From: an uncultured Collinsella sp.
GTDB taxonomy: Bacteria > Actinomycetota > Coriobacteriia > Coriobacteriales > Coriobacteriaceae
NCBI GenBank assembly: GCA_902493545.1
Contig: CABUQI010000001.1
Location: 10,802 to 74,801, forward strand
DNA length: 64,000 nt
Reading direction: 5' to 3'
Shown: positions 47,251 to 56,271 of the stretch, piece after piece
Layout of the letters: every line of letters starts with the position of its first letter
Numbering within the stretch: position 1 is the stretch's first letter
Position numbers and translations under genes: made by a program
The notes under the pieces: generated by a model
Told to the model about the DNA's origin: nothing
Database searches by the model: none
The model's input: only the letters and a program-made list of their open reading frames with translations

Positions 47251-49119
47251 ATGTGCGGTTTTGTCGGTTTTACCGGTACAGATGAACAGAGTGAGCTGGT
47301 TCTCACGGCCATGATGAATCGCATCATCCACCGTGGTCCCGATATGGGCGGCCAGCATATCGTTGACAACGTTGCCCTTGGCTTCCGTCGTCTTTCGATT
47401 CTCGATCTTTCCGAAGCTGGAGCTCAGCCCATGTCGAGCGACGACGGCAAGGTCACGATTGTCTTCAACGGAGAGATCTACAACTTCCAGGAGCTTCGCG
47501 CCGAGCTGGAGGCAGCCGGCTACGCCTTCCACTGCAACGCCGATACCGAGGTCCTGGTACACGGTTACGAGGAGTGGGGCGAGGACCTGGTCAACCGCCT
47601 ACGCGGCATGTACGCGTTCGTGATCCACGACCAGAACAAGAACAAGCTCTTTGGCGCTCGTGACATCTTTGGTATCAAGCCGTTTTATTACTACCAGGCA
47701 TCCGATGGCTCGCTGCTGTTTGGCTCCGAGATCAAGAGCTTCCTGGACCATCCCAAGTTTGAGAAGGCTGTCAACCACGACGCGCTGCGCCCCTACCTGA
47801 CGCTGCAATTCCCCGCCACGGAGGAGACCTTCTTTAGGGGCGTGTTCAAGCTTGCCCCGGCGCATTGCTTTACATATGACCTGACGACCAACACCATGGA
47901 CATCAAGCGTTACTGGAGCTGTGACTTCACCGACGACAACTCCAAGACCTTCGAGGAGTACGTGGACGAGTGCGACAAGGTCGTGCACGAAAGCGTCGCT
48001 GCACACCGAATCGCCGATGTTAAGGTGGGCTCGTTCCTTTCTGGCGGCGTGGACTCCAGCTACATTGCCGCCTGTCTCATGCCCGACACCACGTATTCTG
48101 TCGGCTTCGATTACAAGAACTTCAACGAGACCAACTACGCTGCCGAGCTTTCCGACAAGCTGGGCATCAAGAACGTGCGTAAGATGATTACCGCCGACGA
48201 GTTCTTCGATGCACTGCCCGATATCCAGTATCACATGGACGAGCCGCAATCGAACCTGTCCAGCGTGCCGCTGTACTATCTGGCGCAGATGGCTTCCGAG
48301 GAGGTCACCGTCGTCCTTTCGGGCGAGGGTGCCGACGAGCTGTTTGCCGGCTACGAGTGGTACGAGGACACCCCCGAGATGCGCTCCTTTAAGAAGCGCG
48401 TGCCGCTCGGCGTACGTCGCGCCCTGGGCTCGCTCGTTCAGCATCTCCCCTACTTTAAGGGCCACAACTTCCTGACGAAATGCGCCGAGGTTCCCGAGCG
48501 CTGGTATGTGGGTCAGGCAAAGGTGTTCGATCCCTCCGAGGTCGACGAGGTGCTCAAGCCCGCTTATGACACTGGCAAGAACGCCGCGGAGATGTGCGCC
48601 GAGTACTACAAGCAAGTTCCCAACTGCTGCGAGCTTTCCAAGAAACAGTATCTGGATATGAACATGTGGCTACCGGGCGATATCCTGCTCAAGGCAGACA
48701 AGATGTGCATGGCGCATTCTCTGGAGCTTCGCGTCCCGTTCCTGGACAAGAAGGTCATGGAGTTTGCCGAGCACATTCCCGCCAACTACCGTGTTAACGA
48801 AGAAGGCTGCAAGCTCGTTCTGCGTCACGCTGCCAACCGCACGCTGCCCGACGAGTGGGCAACGCGCAAGAAGGTGGGCTTCCCCGTACCGGTCAAGTTC
48901 TGGCTGCGCGAGCAAAAGTACTACGACTACGTAAAGGAATACTTCACCGCACCGTGGGCTGCCGATTTCTTTGACACCGATGCGCTCATGAAACTGCTTG
49001 ACGATCACTTTGAGGGTCGCGCGCTCAACCAGCGCAAGATCTATACCACGTTGACGTTCCTCATCTGGTACAAGCGCTTCTTTATCGACGAGGACAAGGG
49101 CGCCGAAGTCGCCGCGTAA
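47251..49119 (+). CDS. asnB: Glutamine-hydrolysing asparagine synthase family amidotransferase
   Basis: MCGF N-terminal Cys, HRGPD, NGEIYN, SGGVDSS, SGEGADE. Confidence 0.92.
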   Translation: MCGFVGFTGTDEQSELVLTAMMNRIIHRGPDMGGQHIVDNVALGFRRLSILDLSEAGAQPMSSDDGKVTIVFNGEIYNFQELRAELEAAGYAFHCNADTEVLVHGYEEWGEDLVNRLRGMYAFVIHDQNKNKLFGARDIFGIKPFYYYQASDGSLLFGSEIKSFLDHPKFEKAVNHDALRPYLTLQFPATEETFFRGVFKLAPAHCFTYDLTTNTMDIKRYWSCDFTDDNSKTFEEYVDECDKVVHESVAAHRIADVKVGSFLSGGVDSSYIAACLMPDTTYSVGFDYKNFNETNYAAELSDKLGIKNVRKMITADEFFDALPDIQYHMDEPQSNLSSVPLYYLAQMASEEVTVVLSGEGADELFAGYEWYEDTPEMRSFKKRVPLGVRRALGSLVQHLPYFKGHNFLTKCAEVPERWYVGQAKVFDPSEVDEVLKPAYDTGKNAAEMCAEYYKQVPNCCELSKKQYLDMNMWLPGDILLKADKMCMAHSLELRVPFLDKKVMEFAEHIPANYRVNEEGCKLVLRHAANRTLPDEWATRKKVGFPVPVKFWLREQKYYDYVKEYFTAPWAADFFDTDALMKLLDDHFEGRALNQRKIYTTLTFLIWYKRFFIDEDKGAEVAA

Positions 49120-49176
49120 GTTTCGTTATGAATTAGCGGTGAACAGCACGGGGTTTCCGCTATACTCAATCCCTGC

Positions 49177-49252
49177 GGGCGATTGGCGCAACGGTTAGCG
49201 CAGGTGCTTTACACGCACAAGGCTGGGGGTTCGAATCCCTCATCGCCCACCA
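49177..49252 (+). tRNA. tRNA-Val(TAC)
   Basis: GGGCGAT...ATCGCCCA-CCA cloverleaf, anticodon TAC; terminator 49262-49294. Confidence 0.95.
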
Positions 49253-49392
49253 CTTGATTGAAAAGGCTCCCAGCGATGGGGGCCTTTCCTTTTTGGGCCC
49301 AGTGCAGAGGGATTCGAACCCGCAAGGGTGCGGAGCTGAGGAAACGCGTAAGCGTTTTCCAGCGCAGCACGCGAGGAGCGAAGCGCGCTGTG

Positions 49393-50676
49393 TTAGGCCA
49401 AAACGTCCGACAAAATCTCGATCAGGCTGTCCACGTCGGCTTCCTCGCAGACAAGCGGCGGCAGGAAACGCAGCGTGTGGGCACCAGTAGCGTTAATCAC
49501 GGCGCCGGCGGCCAGCGCGCGGGCAACAATATCATGCGCATCGCCCGCAGCGTCATCCAGATCGCAGCCGAGCATTAAGCCGCGACCGCGTACCTCGGTA
49601 ACGTGCGGAAGCTTGGCCAGCGCCTGCTCCATATAAGCACCCACCTTGGCGGCATGCTCAGCGTAGTCGCCGCGCACAAGCGCGGAGAGCGTCGCGGCGC
49701 ACGCCGCGACAGCCAAGCAACTACCGCCAAAGGTCGAGCCGTGGTCGCCCGGCTTAAACACGTCGGCGATCTCCTTCTTTGCCACCACGGCACCCATGGG
49801 CACGCCATCGGCAATCCCCTTGGCAAGGCTCATAATGTCGGGCTCCACGCCATAGGTCTGGAATGCAAACGGCTTGCCGGAGCGGAAGATGCCACACTGG
49901 ACCTCGTCGGCGATAAGAACGGCACCCACCTCGTGTGCCAAGTCGCGCGCTGCCGCCATAAACTCCTCGGTCATGGGGTGCACACCGCTCTCGCCCTGAA
50001 TCGGCTCGAGCATGACGGCGCAAATCTCGCTTCCCAGCTGCTTAAAGATTGCACGCAGCTCATCGACATCGTTGGGTGTGCAGGCCACAAAGCCGCCCGG
50101 CAGCGGGCGGAAGCTATCCTGCAGCCAATCCTGCATGGTGGCGGCAATGGTCTCGAGCGTACGGCCGTGGAAGCCGCCGCGCATGCATACGATGGTGTTG
50201 CCGCCGTTACCAGCACGCTTGGCGTACAGACGCGCGAGCTTCATCGAGCCCTCGTTGGCTTCAGCACCAGAATTGGCAAAGAACGTCTCCCACACCTGCT
50301 CGCCCGCCGTCGGAGCGCCGAGCGCAGCGGCCGTGGTCTCATCGCCGGCGGCAATGGCATCGGCCAGAACGCACGCACCATCTACGTCGTCGTTGGCAAG
50401 CTTGGACAGCAGCGCCGCGACCTGTCCACGCTGCTCGATGTAGAAGTAGTTAGACACGTGCAGAAGCTTTTTGGTCTGCGCCTCGAGCGCCGAGAGCACT
50501 GCAGGATTACCGTGGCCTAGGCTACACACGCCAATGCCAGCAAGAAAGTCGAGATACTCACGACCATCGTCACCGGTGAGCTTCATACCGTGGCCTTCGA
50601 CAAACTCTACCGGCGAGCGACCAAAGGTATGCATAACGTAATGGGATTCGAGCGATTGTTGAGTTGCAAGTGACAT
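49393..50676 (-). CDS. argD: Acetylornithine aminotransferase
   Basis: NSGAEANE, FHGRT, DEVQCG, SLAKG; in the arg operon. Confidence 0.92.
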   Translation of the reverse strand: MSLATQQSLESHYVMHTFGRSPVEFVEGHGMKLTGDDGREYLDFLAGIGVCSLGHGNPAVLSALEAQTKKLLHVSNYFYIEQRGQVAALLSKLANDDVDGACVLADAIAAGDETTAAALGAPTAGEQVWETFFANSGAEANEGSMKLARLYAKRAGNGGNTIVCMRGGFHGRTLETIAATMQDWLQDSFRPLPGGFVACTPNDVDELRAIFKQLGSEICAVMLEPIQGESGVHPMTEEFMAAARDLAHEVGAVLIADEVQCGIFRSGKPFAFQTYGVEPDIMSLAKGIADGVPMGAVVAKKEIADVFKPGDHGSTFGGSCLAVAACAATLSALVRGDYAEHAAKVGAYMEQALAKLPHVTEVRGRGLMLGCDLDDAAGDAHDIVARALAAGAVINATGAHTLRFLPPLVCEEADVDSLIEILSDVLA

Positions 50677-50745
50677 GGGATGCCTTTCGTTGGGCGCCGT
50701 ACGGCGCAGGGCTATGAGTGCAGGGACGCGACGACCGTGGGTCAG

Positions 50746-51726
50746 CTAGACCGTCTGGAGCTTCTCGACCTCGTCGAAGTTCTCGGTCAGGCGCGCCGCA
50801 AACGTCGAAAGCGGGTGCGGATGCGTATCGAATTCGTAGGCCGTCTCGGTGGAGTGGATCACGGTACCGACGCCGGCATCGGTCAGCAGCTCCAGCAGCA
50901 GCGAGTGCGGCGTCGTGCCGTTGATGATGTGGGCTCGGAACACGCCAGCGGATAGTGCATCGACGGCGGCGCGCAGCTTGGGAATCATGCCCTTGTCGAC
51001 CTCGCCGCCGTAGAGCATCTCATTGACCTCGTCGAGCGTCAGGTTGGAGATAAGCGAATCCTTGTCGCTAAAGTCCTTGTACAGACCGTCGACATCGGTC
51101 AAAAAAATCGCCTTGTGCGCATGAAGCGCCGCCGCAACGGCGCCGGCGGCGGTATCGGCGTTGATGTTGAAGAAGCCACCGTCCTCCCCCGCCGCGACCG
51201 TGGCGATAACGGGAATGTACTCGCTGTCGAGCAAACGCTCGATATAGTCGGTGTTGACGTGCGTGACCTTGCCTACGCGGCCGAGCTCTGGGTCGAGAGG
51301 CTCGGCGATAAGGGTACCGGCGTCGCTGCCGGACACGCCCACGGCCAGGTTGCCGTGGTGGTTGAGCGCCGCGACCAGCTCCTGATTGACCTTGCCGCCC
51401 AGTACCTCGCGCACGATATCCATGGTGGCAGGCGTAGTCACGCGCTGGCCGTTCTTAAACTCGACGGGGATGTCGTAGTGGCTGAGAGCCTCGTTGATGG
51501 CCTTGCCGCCACCGTGCACGATAACAGGGCGCATGCCAATAATCTTGAGCAGGACGATGTCGCTCATCACGTCACGACGCAGTTGCTCGTCGACCATGGC
51601 GGCACCGCCGTACTTGATAACGACCGTCTTACCGGTCAGGTTCTTAATCCACGGCAGCGCCTCGAACAGCAACTGCGCGGTAACTTCGTTGGATTCGCTC
51701 GAGCGACAATCGCGTGCGAACTTCAT
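50746..51726 (-). CDS. argB: Acetylglutamate kinase
   Basis: KYGGAAM, VHGGG, NINAD, GMIPK. Confidence 0.96.
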   Translation of the reverse strand: MKFARDCRSSESNEVTAQLLFEALPWIKNLTGKTVVIKYGGAAMVDEQLRRDVMSDIVLLKIIGMRPVIVHGGGKAINEALSHYDIPVEFKNGQRVTTPATMDIVREVLGGKVNQELVAALNHHGNLAVGVSGSDAGTLIAEPLDPELGRVGKVTHVNTDYIERLLDSEYIPVIATVAAGEDGGFFNINADTAAGAVAAALHAHKAIFLTDVDGLYKDFSDKDSLISNLTLDEVNEMLYGGEVDKGMIPKLRAAVDALSAGVFRAHIINGTTPHSLLLELLTDAGVGTVIHSTETAYEFDTHPHPLSTFAARLTENFDEVEKLQTV

Positions 51727-51807
51727 AGTCTGCCTCGTCTTTCGTGTAGCTATCGCGCCGTACCTCGTTGCCCGCTATTGCAGCGGGGCGCGCGGCACAT
51801 CGGGAGT

Positions 51808-53076
51808 CTAGGAACGGTAGTCGCCGTTAATGGAGATGTACTCGTGCGTGAGGTCGCAAGTCCACACGGTGGTCGCCGCGTCCCCGGCGCCCAGGTCTGC
51901 CGAGATCACAATCTCGGGCGCCTCAAAACGTCGCAGGGCTTCGTCCTCATCGAAGGGAACCGTCAGGCCATCGCGACAGACAGGCATACCCATCATGTCG
52001 ATGGACACATCTTCTTGGTTAAACTGCACGCCGCACTTACCGAGCGCCATGGCAACGCGGCCCCAGTTGCAATCGTGGCCGGCGATGCAGGTCTTAACGA
52101 GCAGCGAGTTGGCAACGGCACGGGCGGCGATATCGGCCTCCTCGTCGTTCACGGCGCCGGTAACGTTGACCGTAACGAGCTTGGATGCGCCCTCGCCATC
52201 GGCGGCGATATTGCGCGCCAGGCTCTCGCACACCTCGTGCACGGCAAATGCCAACTCGTCGAAGGCATCGGAGCCCTCGACGATAGGCTCGGCATCTGCG
52301 GCAGCGGCGCCGGAGGCAAGCATGATACAGGTGTCGTTGGTCGAGGTGTCGGAATCGACCGTTACCTTGTTAAAGGTCTGCTTGACGGTCGAGAGCAGCA
52401 GGGCATGAAGTGCCGCAGGCTCGACGGGGGCATCGGTGGTGATAACTGCGATCATGGTGGCCATGTTGGGCATGATCATGCCCGAGCCCTTGCACATTCC
52501 GCCTACCGTATAGACATTGCCCGCATGACCCGCGGCCTCACTGACGTAGGACACGGCGTACTCCTTGGAGTGCGTGTCGGTCGTCATGATGGCGCGAGCG
52601 GCATCGGCGCCACCGTGGGCTGAGAGCGCCTCGTAGGCAGCAGGAATGGCGGTCTCAAACGTGTCGATCGGCAGAATCTGGCCAATCACACCCGTGGAGG
52701 CAACCAGAATCTGCTGGGGCTCACAGCCGATAACCTGCGATGCGATGTTGCAGGTCTCGCGCGCGCAGGCAAGGCCGGTCTCGCCCGTGGCGGCGTTCGC
52801 GTTGCCGGAGTTGATTGAAACACCGGCGATGATACCGTAGCCCTTGTCCGCACCGCCCAGGTTGGCACGGCTCACCTGCACGGGCGCCGCGCAAAAGCGA
52901 TTGGTGGTAAACACGCCGGCACCAGGACAGGGTTTATCGGGCACGACGAGCGCGTAATCCAGACGCTCGGGGTTCTTGCGGAACCCAGCGTGGATGCCTG
53001 CAGCCTTAAAACCAGCCGCAGCCGTAACGCCACCCTCGACGGCGCGAATCTTGATATCAATCAGGTCGGTATTCAT
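51808..53076 (-). CDS. argJ: Ornithine acetyltransferase/N-acetylglutamate synthase
   Basis: NSGNANA, KGSGMIMPNMATM, DTSTND, ADGEGA. Confidence 0.97.
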   Translation of the reverse strand: MNTDLIDIKIRAVEGGVTAAAGFKAAGIHAGFRKNPERLDYALVVPDKPCPGAGVFTTNRFCAAPVQVSRANLGGADKGYGIIAGVSINSGNANAATGETGLACARETCNIASQVIGCEPQQILVASTGVIGQILPIDTFETAIPAAYEALSAHGGADAARAIMTTDTHSKEYAVSYVSEAAGHAGNVYTVGGMCKGSGMIMPNMATMIAVITTDAPVEPAALHALLLSTVKQTFNKVTVDSDTSTNDTCIMLASGAAAADAEPIVEGSDAFDELAFAVHEVCESLARNIAADGEGASKLVTVNVTGAVNDEEADIAARAVANSLLVKTCIAGHDCNWGRVAMALGKCGVQFNQEDVSIDMMGMPVCRDGLTVPFDEDEALRRFEAPEIVISADLGAGDAATTVWTCDLTHEYISINGDYRS

Positions 53077-53210
53077 CGTCTTTATGACTCCTTATATCAA
53101 ACAAAAAACGGGCATCGGTTGGTGCGCCATGCCAGTCGTGATCATGAGACCAGCTTAAGAGTGGCGCCCCACTCGATGCCCGACTACCAAATCGTTAACA
53201 ATCGAATGTG

Positions 53211-54281
53211 CTACACCGGGCACGCCACTGTGGGCAAGCCTCGTCGCTCGTCAAAACCAAAGACGATGTTGGCGCACTGGACCGCCTGGCCCGCAGCACC
53301 CTTGCACAGATTGTCGATGGCGCCCGTAGCCACCAGAACGCCCGCGCGCTTGTTGAGCGCGAGGCCGATCTGGGCGGCGTTGGTGCCAACGACTGAAGCG
53401 GTCTTGGGCTGCTGGCCGGCATCGAGTACACGCACGAAGGTGCGACCGGCGTAGAACTGCTTGTAATAGGCGACAACATCCTCAAGAGCCAGGGAGTCGA
53501 TGGCCTGCGGCGTAAGCGGCATCGTCACCGTGGAGAGCAGACCACGCTTGAGCGGTGCCAGGTGCGGGGTAAAGACAATGCGATCGGTAAGACCCAGGAT
53601 TTGCTCAATCTCGGGCGTGTGGCGATGTTTACCCACGCCGTAGGCCTCCAAGTTCTCGTCGGCGCCGCAAAAATGCGTACGAGCGTTGCAGGACTTGCCG
53701 GCACCCGTCACACCGCTGATGGCATCGACAATCACGGGACCGTTCTCGGCCACCCAGCCCGCACGCACGGCAGGAGCGGCAGCAAGGCTCGTTGCGGTGG
53801 GATAGCAGCCGGCGCAGGCGACCAGCACGGGTTTGCCGTCGGCATGATCGGATGCAGCGGTCTCCAAATCCTGGGAGAACAGCTCGGGCAGACCGAAGGC
53901 GCGGGTCTTGAGCAACTCGGGGCTCGTGTGCTCGGCGGCATACCAGGCCTCAAAGGTGGCCGGATCGCTCAGGCGATAGTCGGCCGAGAGGTCAATGCAG
54001 GAGACTCCCGCGGCAAGCAGGGCGGGCACCTGAGCCATGGCAGCCGTGTGCGGCACGGCAAGAAAAACCGCATCGCAGCTCTTGAGCTCGGGGACGTCAT
54101 GCGTGGTGAAAACCAGATCGCTCACGCCAGCAAAGCTCGGGTACACCGCAGACAACGGCTGGCCGGCATCGGCGTTGGACGTAATGGCGACAAGTTCAAA
54201 CTCGGGATGACCGAGCACGAGGCGAATGAGCTCGGCTCCGGCATATCCAGCCGCGCCGACGATTCCAACCTTCAAAGACAT
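53211..54281 (-). CDS. argC: N-acetyl-gamma-glutamyl-phosphate reductase
   Basis: GAAGYAG, GCYPT, HRHTPEI, DNLCKGAAGQA. Confidence 0.97.
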   Translation of the reverse strand: MSLKVGIVGAAGYAGAELIRLVLGHPEFELVAITSNADAGQPLSAVYPSFAGVSDLVFTTHDVPELKSCDAVFLAVPHTAAMAQVPALLAAGVSCIDLSADYRLSDPATFEAWYAAEHTSPELLKTRAFGLPELFSQDLETAASDHADGKPVLVACAGCYPTATSLAAAPAVRAGWVAENGPVIVDAISGVTGAGKSCNARTHFCGADENLEAYGVGKHRHTPEIEQILGLTDRIVFTPHLAPLKRGLLSTVTMPLTPQAIDSLALEDVVAYYKQFYAGRTFVRVLDAGQQPKTASVVGTNAAQIGLALNKRAGVLVATGAIDNLCKGAAGQAVQCANIVFGFDERRGLPTVACPV

Positions 54282-54365
54282 ATCAGACTCCTTGTCTGCG
54301 ATTTATGCACCGATGCGCATTTCGCAGCTGTCGTTATGAAGTGGGTTGAAACTTTAGCACCAAAA

Positions 54366-54404
54366 GATGCATTAACACGTAAATGGTTTACATATTCATG
54401 CATT
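54366..54404. promoter_or_regulatory. Tandem ARG boxes (ArgR operator)
   Basis: Two 18-bp ARG-box-like sites (54366-54383, 54387-54404; AATGCATGAATATGTAAA on minus) 3 bp apart, upstream of argC. Confidence 0.65.
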
Positions 54405-54538
54405 GAAACATTCCCGACACATTCGCTTGAAGGAATTGACAAATGGAGCGGGCCCCGTATTGACCGGCACTCCTTACGGTGCCGGGCAACACGGGGCCCG
54501 CCCATGCGAAAACTAAGTTGTTAGGATGAGCCAGCTGG

Positions 54539-54949
54539 CTAGAGCTCGACCGGCACCCATTCGTCGTGATTGCAGATAAAAGCCTCGGGATCCTCGACGC
54601 TAAAGAAGACGAGCGTGGGGTCGTTAGGCCCCTCATAGTGCTCGCCCAGGCGCTCAAGATGCTTCCAACCGGCCTCGCGCATTTCACTCGAAGCCCGGTC
54701 TTCCAGCCCCGCACGCCCGCGCAGGATCAACCAACCATGGCCCGGCCACCAACTCGTGGCCTCAAAGCGCTGGTTTTGCAGAAGCTCTTGCCACACATCT
54801 TTGGTGCGCGCCGTCACAAACCACAGCTTGCCGTCCTGAATCTGCGCAAACGAAAACGGACGCACATGAGGCTGTCCGTCAACGCTCGTCGCCAAATACC
54901 ATGCCGGCACCGACGTCAGATACTCCAACACCGTATTCAATCCGTCCAC
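54539..54949 (-). CDS. Pyridoxamine 5'-phosphate oxidase-like FMN-binding protein
   Basis: YLATSVDGQPHVRPF...KLWF...KDVW. Confidence 0.85.
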   Translation of the reverse strand: MDGLNTVLEYLTSVPAWYLATSVDGQPHVRPFSFAQIQDGKLWFVTARTKDVWQELLQNQRFEATSWWPGHGWLILRGRAGLEDRASSEMREAGWKHLERLGEHYEGPNDPTLVFFSVEDPEAFICNHDEWVPVEL

Positions 54950-54993
54950 GTTTCCTCCTGTACTAGTTAGTTTGGGAACCTGGTTTGTGCGAG

Positions 54994-55440
54994 CTAGAGC
55001 TCCAGGCGCTCCTCGCTGCCGTCGATATCACAGAAGCGCGCGGCAATATTGCGGACCGAAAAGAAAGCAAGGCGGCCGTCGTTGGCACTCTCGTGTTCCT
55101 CGCCAATGCCCACCATGTGCTTAAAGCCCGCTTGACGCACCTTGTCGCTCGCAACTGCGTCGTCCTCAAGTGCGGCTTCGCCGGTCAATACGATCCAACA
55201 TTCCCCCGGCTTCCAGCCCGAGAGCTCAAACTTGGGATTCGCGCTCAACTCCGCCCACACATCTTTGTCGCGCGACGTACAAAACCACAGTTTACCGTCA
55301 TCGACCATGGCAAACGAAAACGGCCTCACGCGAGGCTGATGCCCGTCGGCCACATCGGTCGTGGCCAGATACCACGCCGGAATGCGCCTGAGATACGAAC
55401 AGGCGCGCTCAAGCTGAGCCGTGCGGTCGTTGTCGGTCAT
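54994..55440 (-). CDS. Pyridoxamine 5'-phosphate oxidase-like FMN-binding protein (paralog of neighbour)
   Basis: YLATT...QPRVRPF...KLWFCT...KDVW. Confidence 0.85.
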   Translation of the reverse strand: MTDNDRTAQLERACSYLRRIPAWYLATTDVADGHQPRVRPFSFAMVDDGKLWFCTSRDKDVWAELSANPKFELSGWKPGECWIVLTGEAALEDDAVASDKVRQAGFKHMVGIGEEHESANDGRLAFFSVRNIAARFCDIDGSEERLEL

Positions 55441-55470
55441 AGGGACCCCTTTCTTGCGCTCGAATCGCGC

Positions 55471-56271
55471 CTAAACAAGTTGAAGGTTGATGACGATGAC
55501 GCAGATGAGCAGCAACGCCGTCACCACCGCCGCCAACGCATCGCCGCGGCCAAACGTAAGCGCATGCAGGCGCGTGCGGCCCTGCTCGCCATGATAGCAG
55601 CGTGCATCCATGGCAGCAGACAGCGTCTCGGCATGGCGGAACACGCCGGTGAACAGTGGGATCGCCACACTGCCGAGCATGCGTACGCCACCGAGCGGAC
55701 CGCCCGTCACGCGCGCACCGCGGCTTGCCTGTGCATCGGCCGTCTGCTTCATCTCGGTGGCAAACTGCGGCATAAAGCGTAGCGCGATACCCATGATCAT
55801 GCCGAGCTCGTGCGCAGGAAGTCCCACACGCGCAAACGGCGCGAGCAGGCGCTCAAAGCCCGCGGTGAGGTCGAGCGTCGGCGTGGTGAGTGTAATGGCG
55901 CTCATACCGGCCATCATCAACGTCAGGCGGCACGCCATAAAGGCGGCAGAACGCAGTGAGCCCTCGCTTATCTGCAGAAAGCCGAGCTGCCACAGGATGC
56001 GCCCACTCTGATCGGTAAACAAGTTGAGCACCGCGACCACGACGACGATTGCCAGCAGCGGCGCCATCGACGACAGAACGCGACGAACCGGCACCCGAGA
56101 CACGGCATAGGTCAGCACAACGAAAATTGCGACCGGGGCCAGTCCGCGGAAGCCACTGACCGTGAGCGTCGTGATCAGAAACACAAAGCCCAAGAGCAAC
56201 TTGGTTCGCGGGTCCAGGCGGTGGATTGCACTATCGCCGGGATAGTAGCTACCAAACGAAAACGCCTCCAT
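55471..56271 (-). CDS. ecfT: ECF transporter T component
   Basis: HRLDPRTKL, IALRFMP, AQASRG, MDARCY. Confidence 0.93.
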   Translation of the reverse strand: MEAFSFGSYYPGDSAIHRLDPRTKLLLGFVFLITTLTVSGFRGLAPVAIFVVLTYAVSRVPVRRVLSSMAPLLAIVVVVAVLNLFTDQSGRILWQLGFLQISEGSLRSAAFMACRLTLMMAGMSAITLTTPTLDLTAGFERLLAPFARVGLPAHELGMIMGIALRFMPQFATEMKQTADAQASRGARVTGGPLGGVRMLGSVAIPLFTGVFRHAETLSAAMDARCYHGEQGRTRLHALTFGRGDALAAVVTALLLICVIVINLQLV

